From the NCBI GenBank assembly GCA_963693365.1, contig CAVNZM010000007.1, positions 11,033,962 through 11,097,961 of the forward strand: a DNA stretch of 64,000 nt, written 5' to 3'. Positions within the stretch are counted from its first letter, which is position 1. Each line of letters opens with the position of its first letter. This document shows, one piece after another, positions 37,407 to 64,000 of the stretch. The notes below the pieces were generated by a model, which worked only from the letters and a program-made list of their open reading frames with translations, was not told the origin of the DNA and made no database searches. Origin of the DNA: Amoebidium appalachense (taxonomy: Eukaryota > Protista > Ichthyosporea). The position numbers were made by a program, and so were the translations under genes.

Positions 37407-38511
37407 CAAAGGGGAAGAGAGAGATTCAATTTGGGAGCAAGAGAGAAGGGAAGGGAGGAGAGAAGTGGGGGGGGGGGGGGGGGGGGGAAGAGAGAGGAGG
37501 GGGAAGAGCCTTGATAGAGGAGAGACAGAGAGATTCAGAGAGATTCAGAGGGAGGGGCTAGGAGAGAAATATGGAGAGAAAGAGGGAAGGAGAAGAGGGA
37601 AAAAGGGAGGGAGGAAGGGAGGTTCATAAAGAGGACGGGGGAGAGAGATAGAGAGAAAGAGTGTGTGTGTAAGAGGGATGAAGGGAGGGGCGGCCGCAGG
37701 GAGGGAGGGAGAGAGGGAGAACAGAGCAGGAGAGAGAGGGAGGAGGGGGAGAGGGTGGATAGCAAGAGAGCTAAACATGCTGGCTTTTTTAAGGACATGG
37801 GCAAAGGAACAGGGTTACTGCTTCTATGGTTTGGCTAGAATTTCAAAGCAGGTGCAAAGACTTAATGTGTGTGTGTGGTGGGTAAGGGAGGGTAGGTGTG
37901 CGGGTGGGTGGCAAATCATAATCAGTGCAGCAAACGTTTGTGCGGCATCTGATTGGCTTACAGAACATCACATATCGAAGACGGGTGGTGGAGGAGGGGG
38001 GGGGGGGGGAGGCGATGGGGGTGGGGGTGGGGGGGGGGGGGGAGGGATATATTGGGGGGGGGGGGGGGGTCTTTTTTTCTTTTACGGGGGGGGGGGGGGG
38101 GAGGGAGGGGGGGCTCCATTCCGAACGCAAATCTCAGATGAACGTCGACTGAAAGATGATCGTTCCCTATCCTGTGTTCCCACCCTTCTCACCGGACATC
38201 TCTTTCGGTCATGATCAAACCTTTTGATTTGTGCACAACACCCACCCACAGCCCAGCCTCAACCACAGCAGGGCCAAGGAGGGTCCATGGATCAATATTG
38301 ATGTCTTGCCTTGCATGGATGGGACAGGAGGGAAACACAAGACACATCTCAATAAATGCGTTACACAGGGAGGGCTCAGATAGGTGCCGGGCAGCATGGT
38401 GCCTTATAAAAGTCACACACCAGCTGATGAGAAGGGCATTGAGAGTGAGAGAAAGAGGGAGAGAGAGAGAGAGGGAGCCAAAGAGGGCAGAAAGGGAGAG
38501 GGAAGGCGGCA

Positions 38512-38542
<31 letters not shown>

Positions 38543-39054
38543 CTGCTGCATTAGTTCCGATCATGCAGACCAGCCTGTGCTTTTCCTTATTTTTTCTCTT
38601 GTTTCTTGTTTCTCCTGTTTCAACACCGCTGTCTTTGGGGGTAACTGACCCAGCAGAAGCAGGTTGCAGACTGAGTCCCTCCTTGACACAGACCTGCCAG
38701 TGGAGGATCGGAAACTCCTGCTCACCTCAACACTCACTACACTTCCCTGGTGCCAAGAAGCCAAGTTGTGATGTCCACATGCTTGACGGGTTCTTGTGCA
38801 GTGGTGGGGTGGGGCTGTGGGGTGATGGGTGTGGTGCGGCACCCCATGCTACTGAGGGGAGGCTATATTAGCAGCCAGAACACGGTGGGGGTGTGTTGAA
38901 GGGCACTGTGGTGACATGTGGGCATGCCTGCATGGGGGTGATGTGCTGTGTGTTTTGGATCTGCTACATGTGGTGGTGTTTGTGAGTGTGTTTGTGGTAG
39001 TACAATGTTCTGGACAAGTCCAAGATGCACACAGCTCCAAGCCAGCCTTAGCAG

Positions 39055-39089
<35 letters not shown>

Positions 39090-39113
39090 TGTGTGTTTGT
39101 GTGTGTGTGTGTG

Positions 39114-39404
39114 TAGGGCCCAACCACATCGGCTGAGTCAACTTGCTCCGAGCAGAATTATTCTGAAAAAAGCAGAATTATTCTGCAAAGGAAGAATCAT
39201 TCTGCTGATAGCAGAATTATTCTGCAAAAGCTGAATCAATCTGCTAAAAGCAGAATCAATCTGCTAAAAGCGGAATAATTCTAAGAGCAGAGGTATTCTG
39301 CTGTCGACAGCAGAATAATTCTGCTTTTTGTGGAATAATTCTGCTAAAAGCAGAATAATTCTGCTGAAAGCAGAGTGATTCTGCTAAAAGCAGAATGATT
39401 CTGT
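39114..39404 (+). mobile_element. GCAGAATWATTCTGC-array element, copy 2
   Basis: tagggcccaaccacatcggctgagtcaacttgc followed by about a dozen ~20-bp quasi-palindromic units. Confidence 0.65.
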
Positions 39405-39726
39405 CGTGCGCATGCAGCCACATCTCCAAACACAGAGCACACACATGCAGACTGCTGTAGAAGCATGTGGTTCTTGGGCCACGTGCCCCTACCAGGCATT
39501 TGTCTTTGTTGAACCCCGGCCTCATCCCCATTTGCAAGCAGGTGCCCATCCCAAGAATTGATTGCCCCCCCCCCCCCCCCCCCCCCCCCCCAACCTTCCA
39601 CGCTTCCCCTCCCCCCCCCCCCCCCCCCCCCCCTTCCCCCCCTCTTTTTTTTTGGCAATCACACGCACGCACGCATGCACGCATGCACCCACATGCACAC
39701 GCACACGCACACACCACACACACACA

Positions 39727-39897
39727 CAGGGCGCAACCACATCGGCAGAGTTAACTTGCAAAAAGCAGAATTATTCTGCAAAAGCCGAATTATTCTGCAA
39801 AAAACAGAATTATTCTGCAAAAAGCAGAATTATTCTGCCAAAGCCGAATTACTCTGCTTTTAGGAGAATTATTCCGCAGAAGCAGAATCACTCTGCT
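39727..39897 (+). mobile_element. GCAGAATWATTCTGC-array element, copy 3
   Basis: cagggcgcaaccacatcggcagagttaacttgc followed by ~7 units. Confidence 0.65.
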
Positions 39898-39899
39898 TA

Positions 39900-40347
39900 T
39901 GTTAGTGCTGGCGCATAGTCATGTCACCATTTTCAGCAAACGAAGAATGGGCGACCATCAAGAGACCATGATGGGCCACGCAGCCTTAACCACGTTTCCC
40001 AACTCAGCTGGTGCGCATTTGCATGCCGACTGTGCATGCAGTAGCTAAGCCTTTGGGCTGGTCACCAACCAGACAGCTCCATAGCACTGGGCTTATGCTG
40101 GATGGGATGCTTGGGACTGTGATTGTGGGACAGGTGTTATAAATTGCAGGGTTTTGATTGGCTGGGGCTTCACAGTTTCACGTACCTGTCACCTGGCTGC
40201 CACTTAGGCCCGCCATAGTGAACAATAGTGGAGGCATGAAGGCATCGAGGCAGGGAGGGCCAAAGACATGGGCAGGCATCCAAATTCATTTTCAAGCAGA
40301 GAGCCTCTGGTCCTCCTCACAAGTTTTTAGAGGCCTCCGTATACTCT

Positions 40348-40396
<49 letters not shown>

Positions 40397-40565
40397 AAAA
40401 AAAAAAAATCAAAGGAAAAAAAAAAGGAAAGGAGTCGGAAATAGCTTTTCTATGTCTTTGTGTCCACCTCCGTGATGATCATTTGTTCCCATGTTGTTTG
40501 GTGCAACATTTGGGCTCTGGTTTGCTTGAAATCCAAATATAGGAACTCTGTGCCGTGCATCAACT
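39900..40565 (+). repeat. Hairpin cassette copy 3 (most diverged, lacks the first hairpin)
   Basis: Same conserved blocks as copies 1 and 2. The upstream part is replaced by the transposon-like repeat ending at 39897. Confidence 0.75.
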
Positions 40566-41299
40566 GTAAATGACATGCCTTATTCGGGGGAGGGAAGCTG
40601 CGCGTGTGCGCCGCGGGGGCGGCGGCCGGGGGGAGGGGGGAGGGGGGGGGGGGGGGGAGGGGGGGGGGGGGGGGGGGGGGGGGCAAGAGGAAGGTTTGTT
40701 CAGCGAACAATTCTCTTTTCCATAAAGGTAAACAATGCCAAGGCCCAGGTCAAGTGCAACAGATACCATGAACCCTCTCAGCAACATGTTTGCATATGTG
40801 ACCCTGATCGACTCCTGCAACCTACCATGTCGCACTCTACCTTCATGTCTCTATCTGTGTGTGCCAGTGTGTTGCAGGTGTGTGTGTGTGTGGCATGCAT
40901 GTGTGCCACGGTGACCATTGAGGTGCTCAAGGCATCATGGTCAGGCTATAGCTAAACAACAATTAGCTACTTATCCCCCCCCCCCCCCCCCTGCTGTTGC
41001 GCCGGAGGTCACCTGGTTGCTGCTGGACGTCTTTGGCCCCAATGTGGAAGCACTGTGTTTGAGTGTGCATGCCCACACCCCCAGCCTCACTGGCCAGTGC
41101 CGTAGTTGACACTGTGCACGTGCACTGTTGCCTTGTGCCTGGGCCGAGGGGGTTGCCCATCCGGAGCACCCAATGGCCACAGGCACCCAGCACCCGATGG
41201 CCACGGCACGTGCCAGCATGCAATGAAATACATGCGGCACCATCTGCCGTCAGGGGCTGGTTACCAGCAACCACACAGGGCTAGGGTGCGCATCGTAAA

Positions 41300-41335
<36 letters not shown>

Positions 41336-41538
41336 CTGGTTTATACGCGTGGTCTTGTGTATGTCAAAGACTGTGTGTTTAAGCGAATTACATTCATTCC
41401 ACCTTTCTAGCGGCTAGAAGCTCACGATTCATTCTCTACATACATTTGGCATTCGTAATTTTCACGCATTTAAATTCATACAATTATCAACACTGCATAT
41501 GCATAAACCCATAAAAGGCAACCATGGCGCCTAGCGGG

Positions 41539-54916
<13,378 letters not shown>

Positions 54917-56028
54917 GGCTATCGCTGTGAGCCCACACCCTCTGTCCGACACCCGCTGGCTGTGTGCTCGGCCATCTGCCCCTGGCGGCTCCTGCCAGCC
55001 CCAGCGGCTGCGAGCGCCCGCACAACACACACTAGACCGCTAGCGAATGGGAAGCTACCCTGCTGGTTGTCTCCTTTTGAAAACACACTATAGTTACTTG
55101 TAACAGCTTAAGCATAGGGTCATACACTAAAGGTCGTTTGAGTGCGAGGCTCCCAACGGCCTGCTCAGAAGTTCGTGTGTGCTTGAAGGCCTCCTTACTC
55201 TGACGCCTTGGTGTGTGCGTCGCCGCAGGTTGGCCAATTGGCACAGTGCACCAATGCCAAACGATGCAGCAATTGGTGTCTTATCAGGCGAATAGATTTG
55301 CCGCTTTCAATATCATCTGCAACGGGCACCACCTTACATGAAAGGCCAGCCACAAAGTAGAATAAACACACTGCCTCTCTACGCTTCTGACTTCAATTCC
55401 AACTGTGAGCTGTTGTTGTGCTCTGTGCAAGGACATTACCGCAGCTTCTTTAAGGTGTGGACGGGTGCGCATGCCTGGGCTTGGGTACAGTACCGGCGAA
55501 AAGCAAAGGCCACCAATGCGGCGACTGGCTGGCATTTATGCCATATTTGGCAGCTGTTTTTCACCCCACACTCTGACTCTATGTTTATGCTATACAACTG
55601 TACATATTGTAGGCGGTTTTGCCCAAAAAGGGCATGCTACACGCAGGAGCCCACATAGGGTAGCGACTGGGCCTAGACATAGCACGTGGGTAGCTGTACA
55701 CGTGGTCTCACCGTCTCAGGCCAGACAAACGAACTTACCAGATGCGTCACTCTCGAAACTGGCACTGTGAGCCAGGGCCAAAGGTGATTGGCTGGCACCA
55801 AATTGGCGGCAAATATTGAATGCTGCCAATGCCAGACCCAAGGCCCGGGGCCGTCACACAGCCAGACCAGTGTCCATCACTTTCCCTGTCACATGCCCAC
55901 GGCTGCTGTCAGGCTCGCATGGTGCTTGGTGGCGGGCGCTTGAGCTGGTTAATTGGCGTATACAGCTGTACACTACAGCCGGCACAGAGGCCTCAGTGCG
56001 CACCGACGGGCAGGCACGCACAGTCAGA
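54917..56028. promoter_or_regulatory. Divergent promoter region between the TPR-like gene and the MDC1-like gene
   Basis: 1.1 kb between divergent ATGs, free of microsatellites, with CCAAT/ATTGG clusters at ~55230-55277 and ~55786-55830. Confidence 0.6.
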
Positions 56029-56430
56029 ATGGCCAGCGGGGCACGCACGCCGCCCTTGCGGCAGAAAGAGCCGGCTGACGAGGAGGGAGGCGACAGCGGG
56101 GGGGTGGTCGGTTGGGTGGCCGTGGAGGGGCGGCGCTATGGGCTGCGCAGGGGGCCAAATACACTGGGCCGCGCACAGGACAACGACATAGTCGTGGCCT
56201 GCGAGGAGGTGGGGGGGGAAACATGTCCAGAACGGTGCAGCACGGCACTATCAACCACCAGAGCACATAGCACACAGGCACTCACCCACAATCACCCACG
56301 AGCACGCACGTACACACGTACGCACACACACACACACACACAGACTCACACTCACAGTCACACAGACTCACACTCACACTCACACTCACACTCACACACA
56401 CACACACACTCACACACACCTTTCTTCCCC

Positions 56431-56462
<32 letters not shown>

Positions 56463-58911
56463 GCCAACCCCACATAGTGCACAACACGGCACAAACAACC
56501 ACCCACACTCACTACACTAGACCTCACGAACGAGCACACAAGCATGCACACCCATACATGCGGTCACATGGCGGGGCACGCACCTTTCAGAGACAAGAAA
56601 ACAGGTAGAGAGGCTTGAGCGAGAGGAAGAGGGTGTCGAGAGAGAGAGAGAGGCGAAACTAAAACGGATTGGGGGGGGGGGGGGGGGGGGGGATAATTGC
56701 ACAGTCATGCCAATAAGCACCCACAAAACACACGTAAGGGTGTGTACATGGAGTTTGTATGGGTTTGGGACTTGATCGGCTTGGTACGAACGGGAAACGG
56801 GGGAGATTAGTGGACTGGTGCCTGTGCGCTGGGCGGCAGCAGAGGGCCAGTACTGACTGGTCTGCAGGTGTCGCGGCACCACGTGCAGCTGGTGGGGGTG
56901 TGCGGGGGCCAGGCCGTGGTTGCACGTGACCTGGGCAGCAGCAACGGCACGTGCCTGCGCCTGGGCAAAAGTTCCCGCCTGGCCCTGGACCCCTCCACCG
57001 TCGTGTGCCTGCGCCCAGGAGACACCCTGCTGCTGGCCGGCCTGCCCCTGGCCGTGCTGGGCCCCGAGGTGTGTGCACCGTGCAAGGGGAGGGGGGGAGG
57101 GGGGGGGGGGGTGGAGGATGCTGAACCGTGCAAGGGGTGGGGGGGGGGGGGGTGGAGGATGCTGACGGGGTGAGGGTGTGCAGGGCCAGGGGCCGTCCGA
57201 AGGGGCCCTGGTGGAGGGGTCGGAGACAGAGGACGAGGAGGGGTCACCCCTCATGCTCGAGGATGGTTGGTTCTCTGTCAGGGTCCTTGCGCTGCTGGGG
57301 GGGAAAGGGGCAGGAGGGGAGGGGCGGGTGGGGGGGTTAGGCAAGGGCAGTGTCCCTGGCATGTGGCGCACTGGCTGTAGGGGTGGTTGCTGACATTTGG
57401 GGGCAGATGTAGCCGCACTGTTGGAAGAGACACAGAGCGGACCCACGGCTGAAGGTGGGTGCATGCACGTGCTCTGTATGCGTCGGTTTGCTGCACTGCC
57501 TGGTGGTGTGAACTCTGTGTTTACCGGGGCTTAGGTGCTCACGTGAGTGTTTGTTTGAATGAGAGGATGGGGCTGATAGGGACCTATGTGGTGATTGGCA
57601 GGCCGGGTGGGTGCAGGGGGACACATCTAGGGGATGTGGTGCTGACTGGGGCTGCAGGGAGGGGGTCTGGGCTGGATGACGACTACCAGCCATCGCCAAC
57701 ATTCCCTCTGCCTGCAACAAAGCAGGAGGGGGGCTGGGGGGGTCAAGGCAGGGTGGGTGGAGAGGGTGGTAGGTAGGGGGAAGGCTGGGGTGGCGTGTGG
57801 GTACATGGAGACATGAAAGGTGGGATGCAGGAGGCGGGGGTAAAATGATAGCGTGTGTCAGATGGAGGGGTTGCTGCAATGAAAGTGGGGGGGTGAAGGG
57901 AAAGGTTGGGGGGGAGGGGGCAGTTTCCGATTGGCTGGGGCTGCAGGAGGCACCCAGTGACGAGCCGAAGGAGGCCCCGGCAGAAAACATCTACGTGGGC
58001 AGCCCAACACAGGTGGGGGGGGGGGGGGGGGGGGTTCTTTTTTCTGTTGAGGAGGGGTTGGAACGGGTGGATGTGTTGGTGAGCGGTAGTGTTGGTGGTG
58101 GGGGAGGGAGAGTGAGGATGTGAGCTTTGAGGGTGTATTTAGTTTCTTCTTTTTCTTGTCTATTTCGTTTTCATTTTCAATTTTTTGTTTGTTTTGGAGG
58201 TGTTGTGTGTGTGTGTGTGTGTGTTTGTTGAGGGGAGGGGAGAGGAGAGGAAGGGGATTGTGTATTGCTGCTCTAACTAATGAACACAGGTGCTGGAAGT
58301 GGACGATGGACCCCCCACACCCACTCAGGTGCCTGACCCCTCTCCTTGCCTCAGCCCCTGACTCAGTCTGGCCCCCCACCCAACTTATGCTTCACAAAGC
58401 ACCCACCCATTGCACCACCCATTAAATTCCAATGTGCCACCGATTATATTACCAAACACCCACCCATTATGTTACCAAGCACCCACCCATTATATTATGA
58501 AGCACCCACCCATTATGTTACCGAGCACCCACCCATTATATTATTAAGCACCCAGGCATTATGTTACCGAGCACCCAGCCATTATATTACCTAGCACCAC
58601 TCATTATATTACCAAACATCCACCCATTTGATATTCACCGAGCACTTAGGCACCCAAGGTATCACCAAGCAGCCACCCACCCAACACTTGGCCAGGCAAC
58701 CCTTTACCCACCCAAATACTTCACCACCCATTTGCCCACCGCCTGCCTTAATCTACCCCTTAGCCCCCCCCCCCCCCCCCCCCCCCCCCCTCCCCACACA
58801 CACACACACACACACACCACCACCACCAGAGAGAAAGACCAATACACACTCGCACTGACGTGTTCGCGCACGCTATCACACACACACATTTACTTACACA
58901 CACACATTTAC

Positions 58912-58947
<36 letters not shown>

Positions 58948-59207
58948 CCGGTGGCTGAAAGCCCACATGATGATTACATCCCGACTCAACGAATCGACCC
59001 AACGCCAACACCCGACATTGTGTGTGGTCCCACTTAATTCTCTCTCTCCCCTCTCCCCCCCCCCCCCCCCCCCCCCTCCTCTCTCTCTTTCTCTCACGCA
59101 CACACACACACACACACAAAGATCTCTCTCTTTCCCTCTCTCTCTCTCTCTCTCTCTTTTTCTCTCTCTCTCTCTCCCCCCCCCCCCCCCCTCTCTCTCC
59201 CTCTCTC

Positions 59208-59240
<33 letters not shown>

Positions 59241-59329
59241 TTCTGTCCTCTCCCCCCCCCCCTCCCCCTCCCTCCCTTCTTCTCTCTCTCTCTCAATCTC
59301 TCTCTCCCCGCCCCTCTCTCCATCTCCGT

Positions 59330-59426
<97 letters not shown>

Positions 59427-60100
59427 CGTGCGTGTATGTGCTTGTGTGTGTGTCTTTTTTTGTGTTTGATTGGGTGTCGCTTGGGTGTGGCTATCTGTGT
59501 AGGTGTGTGGATGTGTTTGTGTTCGGGTGGGTGCGTAGGTGGGTGGGTGGGTGGGTGGGTGGGTGGGGAGGAGAATGTTGTTTTCGTTCCACATGGCTGT
59601 GTACGTGTGTTGTGTATTTTTGCAATGGCGACGGATTCTCTCTCTTCTACCAGACAATGCCTGGCTGCATGTGTCATTGTTGTGTGGGGGCCAGGAGCAT
59701 ATCCATATGAGTCCTATCTGTGGTTGTGGCCACATGCTGACTGTGGCCGTGCAGATGCCCAGCCCCCGCTCACAGCCACTCCCACCACCACCTCATAGCA
59801 CCAGCCCCGTACGTCCCCCCCCCCCCCCCCCCCCCCCCTCCCTGTTTGCTGGGGGGCAGTGGCTTTGTGCTGACTGCAGGGCAGGCACGGGTCGACCGTG
59901 TGGATGAGACGCCACAGAGCCAGGACGATGCAGCTGCACTGCACATGCCTGGAACAGGTGAGGTGCTGGCTGGCTGTTTGCATGTCTGGTTGGCCCGGCT
60001 TTGGGGGGAAGAGGGGGATTGTGTGGTATGGTTGGTCCGTTATTGTCGTAGGGACTGACAGGGCCTGTGCCGATCAATATGTGCGGGTGCCCTAGATCCC

Positions 60101-60152
<52 letters not shown>

Positions 60153-60504
60153 ACCACCACCACCACCACCACCACCACTTCGGCCGACACCAATTCCCAT
60201 GCTGACGCCCATGCTTTGGCCCACACAGAACAGCCGGCCGACACAGCACACACAGACTCAACGGACAGCTCGGGGGGCAGGCTCAGGTGGGTGCACTCCA
60301 CAGCACCGTGCACCACACATGCTAGGCCTTAATTTACATCTGACACGCAAGCACCACAAATGCACACACATGCGCACACAAGCATAAGCATGACACAAGC
60401 ACACACATGCACGCAAAGGTCTGGCACATGTGTGCATTACGGCTTAACACATGCGCATTGATACCCAGCCCCAATCCCCCAAACACACACACACACACAC
60501 ACAC

Positions 60505-60569
<65 letters not shown>

Positions 60570-60572
60570 GCA

Positions 60573-60603
<31 letters not shown>

Positions 60604-63280
60604 GCACACACACACAGGCCACCTAGTGCCCGGCACATGCGTAGTCCGGCCAAGGCACCACCCAGCCCGCCACCTGCAGCCGATAGCACTGGACACACCA
60701 GCCGGCCACAGGCCAAGGCCAGGCGTGGCCGTCGGTCAGGCAGCAAGACCCATGCAGTGACTGACTCTGATGACGAGCCTTTGTTGCAGCGCCCAGCCAA
60801 GCGCCAACACAGGCAGGACCCCGCCACTGCCACCAGCCAACACGACCCTCCGGCCCCGCGTGTCCCCACCCCCCCACCGCAGTGTCCAGCCCCCCATGTC
60901 CCTACCCCCCAGCCACCCAGCCCTCCTCATGACCCCCCTGTTCCCACCGCCCTCAGTCCCCACCCCGAGCCGCAAGAGCCCAGCCCTCCTGCTACAGCTG
61001 CACAGCCACTGGGCCGGAGGGGGGCGAGGGGGCAGGCACGGGCCACTGCGGGGCCACAGGCCACGGCCAGCCCCGCAGGCAAGAAGCGGCGGTCGGGGGG
61101 TGCTGGGGGCAAGGCAGCCAAGCGGCAGCGCACAGCCAGCACTGAGGCGCAACCAGACACCCCCAGGGAGGTGGCCAACACCCGGCCACGTGCCAGGGCC
61201 ACCCCAAAGACCCCGGCCCAGGTGCAGGGGGAGGGCAGGGAGGGCTCACAGGGCAGCCATGCATCACAGCGGCCAGACACACCGGGCAGGCGCAGTGGGC
61301 GCACAGAGACCACAGACCACGTGGGGGTGCTGTTCACGGGCACCAGTGTGGACAGGGCCTATGCCGACATCATCCGCACACACATCAAGGTGCCTGCGCC
61401 CTCCATGCCGCCATGGGTGCTGGGTGGGTGCTGACCTTGGTGCAGGGGCGCATGGTGGAGCGGGCGCAGGAGTGCACCATCCTGATAGCTGACGAGGTCA
61501 AACGCACGGTCAAGTTCCTTGCTGCCATGTGTGTGTGCACACACGTGCTGAGGCCCAGCTGGCTGGCTGCATGCAAGGACTTGCGCATGGTGCGTGGGTG
61601 AGTCGGTGGGTGGGTGGGTGGGCGCGCGCAGGCATGTTGGTGTCTGTGCCATGTGTGTGCATGTAAGTGTGTGTGCGCGTGAGTGTGCATGTCTGTGTGA
61701 GTGGGTGTGCATGTCTGTGTGAGTGGATGTGCATGTCTGTGTGAGTGGGTGTGTGTGTTTGTGCAGGTGGGTGGGGGGGGGGGGGGTGCTGACGGCAGTT
61801 GCAGCGCATTGGGCCTGGCCACCCCTCGTTCCAGGACCACGTGCTTGTGGACCGGCCCAAAGAGACAAAGTACGGCTTCTCCCTGGCCACCAGCCTGGAG
61901 CGTGCAAGAAAGAGGAAACTGCTGAGCGGTGGGTGGGGGTGGGGGTGGGGGTGTGTGTATGTGGTGTGTGAAAGAGAGGGGGGGGGGGAGGGAGGGGGAG
62001 GCAGCAGGCACATGGCATCATGATGTGCATTCTAGGCTTTGATTGGCGGGTGGGTGGGTTATGGCAGTGGGACGGCCTGAGATCTATCAGCACGTGAACA
62101 AAATAAATCCATGGGGTTGCCGTGGACTGTTGGTGGTGGCCTGCACACAGACATACTGTGTGTTGTGCCTCCACACACGTATCATACATGCCACTGCTAG
62201 TGCCACCCAGCCAGTAGCCAGCATGGGGATGGGCATGCTGCATGCTGATTGGTTGCTGCAGAGCTGCAGGTGTACCGCACAGATAGGGTGCAGCCTGGTG
62301 CAGCCGACATGGCCGACATAGTGGAGTGTGCGGGGGGCAGCATGGCCCTGGTGGCCCCCACAGCATACAGCCCCAGCCTGCTGGTCATCTCATGCAGTGA
62401 GGTAGGCCATGGGCCATGGGCCTGGTTGTGCCATGGGTTGGGGCTGACTGGGGGGTTGCAGGATGCAGGGCTGTGGGCGGGGCTGACGTCGCTGGGGTAT
62501 GTGGTGCACAGCAGTGAACTGCTGCTGGCTGGGGTGCTGAGGCAGGAGCTGGACCTGGACGGTAGGGGGTGCATGCACTGCTACGGTGCATGCATATAGT
62601 GCCTGCATGCATGCCCACCACCAACACTGGCGCAGCCAAGCACATGGGTGGCCCCGTGCACACACGCACACCTAGGCACGAGGATACCCCGCACCTATAT
62701 AGGGACCTGGGGGACTCCATGCATACATGCACATTTGGACGCACGTGTAGCCCTAGGCACGCACACTTGAGCATCTGTATGACCCCGTGCATTCTCCCAC
62801 ACCGGCACCCACCTGGTATTAGGCCCATGTGCCTGCTGACCCATCCCCCTAGGCCCATGTGTGACAGCATGCATCCTCCCACTTTGGCATCATGTGTTCC
62901 ACTCAGACCCATCCCCCTAGGCCCATGTGTGACAGCATGCATCCTCCCACTTTGGCATCATGTGTTCCACTCAGACCCATCCCCCTAGGCCCATGTGTGA
63001 CAGCATGCATCCTCCCATTTTGGCATCATGTGTTCCACTCAGACCCATCCCCCTAGGCCCATGTGTGACAGCATGCATCCTCCCACTTTTGCATCATTTT
63101 CATCAGACCCATCCCCCTAGGCCCATGTATGGGTTCATGCACCCACCCACCCCCACTGCCCCCACAGATCCGACCTGCATCCTGGCCCGGCCTGAGGGCC
63201 AACCGCCTGCCACCGAGGCCCCAGCCAAGAGCACCCCCCAGGCAACCCCCAGCGGCCGCAGCCGCAGGCGGCAGCGCTAG
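56029..63280 (+). CDS. MDC1: MDC1-like DNA-damage mediator: N-terminal FHA, disordered acidic/TQ-rich middle, C-terminal tandem BRCT
   Basis: FHA: GPNTLGRAQDNDIVV...|VSRHHVQL...DLGSSNGT. BRCT pair: VLFTG..., DEVKRTVKFLAAM...LRPSWL, DRPKETKYGFSLATSLERARKRKLLSG, VQPGAADMADIVECAGG, SELLLAGVLRQELD. These parallel human MDC1 as I recall it (VLFTG, RRTVKFLCAL, FGFSLQDALSRAR, EFLLTGVLKQE). Confidence 0.88.
58395..58720. repeat. Degenerate ~22-23-bp intronic minisatellite
   Basis: Repeated agcacccacccattatRttacc. Confidence 0.8.
62838..63128. repeat. 68-bp tandem repeat (~4.3 copies) in the last MDC1 intron
   Basis: gacccatccccctaggcccatgtgtgacagcatgcatcctcccactttggcatcatgtgttccactca, starting at 62838, 62906, 62974, 63042 and 63106 (partial). 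Confidence 0.93.
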
Positions 63281-63286
63281 GCCTAC

Positions 63287-63345
63287 AGGCACATATAGGC
63301 ACATATAGGCACATATAGGCACATATAGGCACATATAGGTACATA
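63287..63345. repeat. 10-bp tandem repeat just after the MDC1 stop codon
   Basis: (aggcacatat)x5. Confidence 0.9.
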
Positions 63346-63954
63346 CAGGAACAGACGGGCACATATAAGCGCAAACAGGCACACATATGCACGAATGCAC
63401 ATGCGAATCCCAAGCACCACCACGTGCTTCCAAAGCCTTCCATGGGCACATGCAGGCCCACCCCACACAGATGCACATGCATAGCATGGCAGAGTGGACC
63501 CACCCACCAGGCACCCACACATGTATGCCCTTGGTGTTTTTTAGGCAAACCCGGCCACCATCTAGAGCCACCATGCCCCTGCATGGGTGTTGGCTGCATT
63601 TTTATTTGTACATAAATTGAAAGGTCGTAGGCACAGGCGGCCAGACGTGCATTGGCCCTGGGGGCATGCAGCAGCCATGTGAGCATTATTGGGGCCAGAG
63701 AACATTAGTTGGCTGACCGACATGCTACGAGCACTCAGGTTGCCGTGAGGGTTGGGGGGCCATAGCAGCCTAATCATGGTGTGCGCCACATGCCACCACC
63801 CCATATCACAACAGATTGATGGTAGCACCCCATATTAGCGCTATTGTTGTATGCTATGGCCACATATGCGCATGCTACCACCCCACGTTTTCTAAGGGCT
63901 ACACTGTAACCACATTTTGTCAACCCATATTATGACATGCCGGACCACATATAG

Positions 63955-63997
<43 letters not shown>

Positions 63998-64000
63998 CCC

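Noticed and set aside
39150-39404. Palindromic GCAGAATTATTCTGC array as CRISPR-like
   Set aside because: Only ~5-nt A/T linkers separate the units; better explained as transposon subterminal repeats.
62838-63128. 68-bp repeat as a regulatory or CRISPR array
   Set aside because: Head-to-tail intronic minisatellite without spacers.

Overview
Eukaryotic, intron-rich genomic DNA. Introns are filled with poly-G/poly-C, (CA)n and (GA)n tracts, so most ORFs in the supplied track are low-complexity artefacts. Splicing exons by eye gives seven protein genes: the 5' end of talin (-), a mitochondrial LETM1-domain protein (+), LSM11 (-), a claudin/PMP22-like four-TM protein (-), a single-finger GATA factor (-), a large multi-exon TPR-like protein (-) and an FHA + tandem-BRCT MDC1-like protein (+). 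This gene set suggests a unicellular relative of animals, possibly an ichthyosporean (inference). A young full-length Ty1/copia element (24885-30768, 767-bp LTRs, CTTAC TSD) lies upstream of the GATA gene, and MITE-like elements are also present. The most unexplained feature is a ~9-kb interval without a recognisable gene (~31.9-41.3 kb). It follows a CpG-rich, TATA-containing promoter-like segment, and nearly every non-microsatellite stretch folds by eye into 50-110 nt hairpins. It includes three diverged copies of a multi-hairpin cassette with compensatory base changes and G:U pairs on the + strand. This is a candidate polycistronic small-RNA locus (miRNA-like and/or H/ACA-like). All alignments and folds were done by eye and need computational confirmation.
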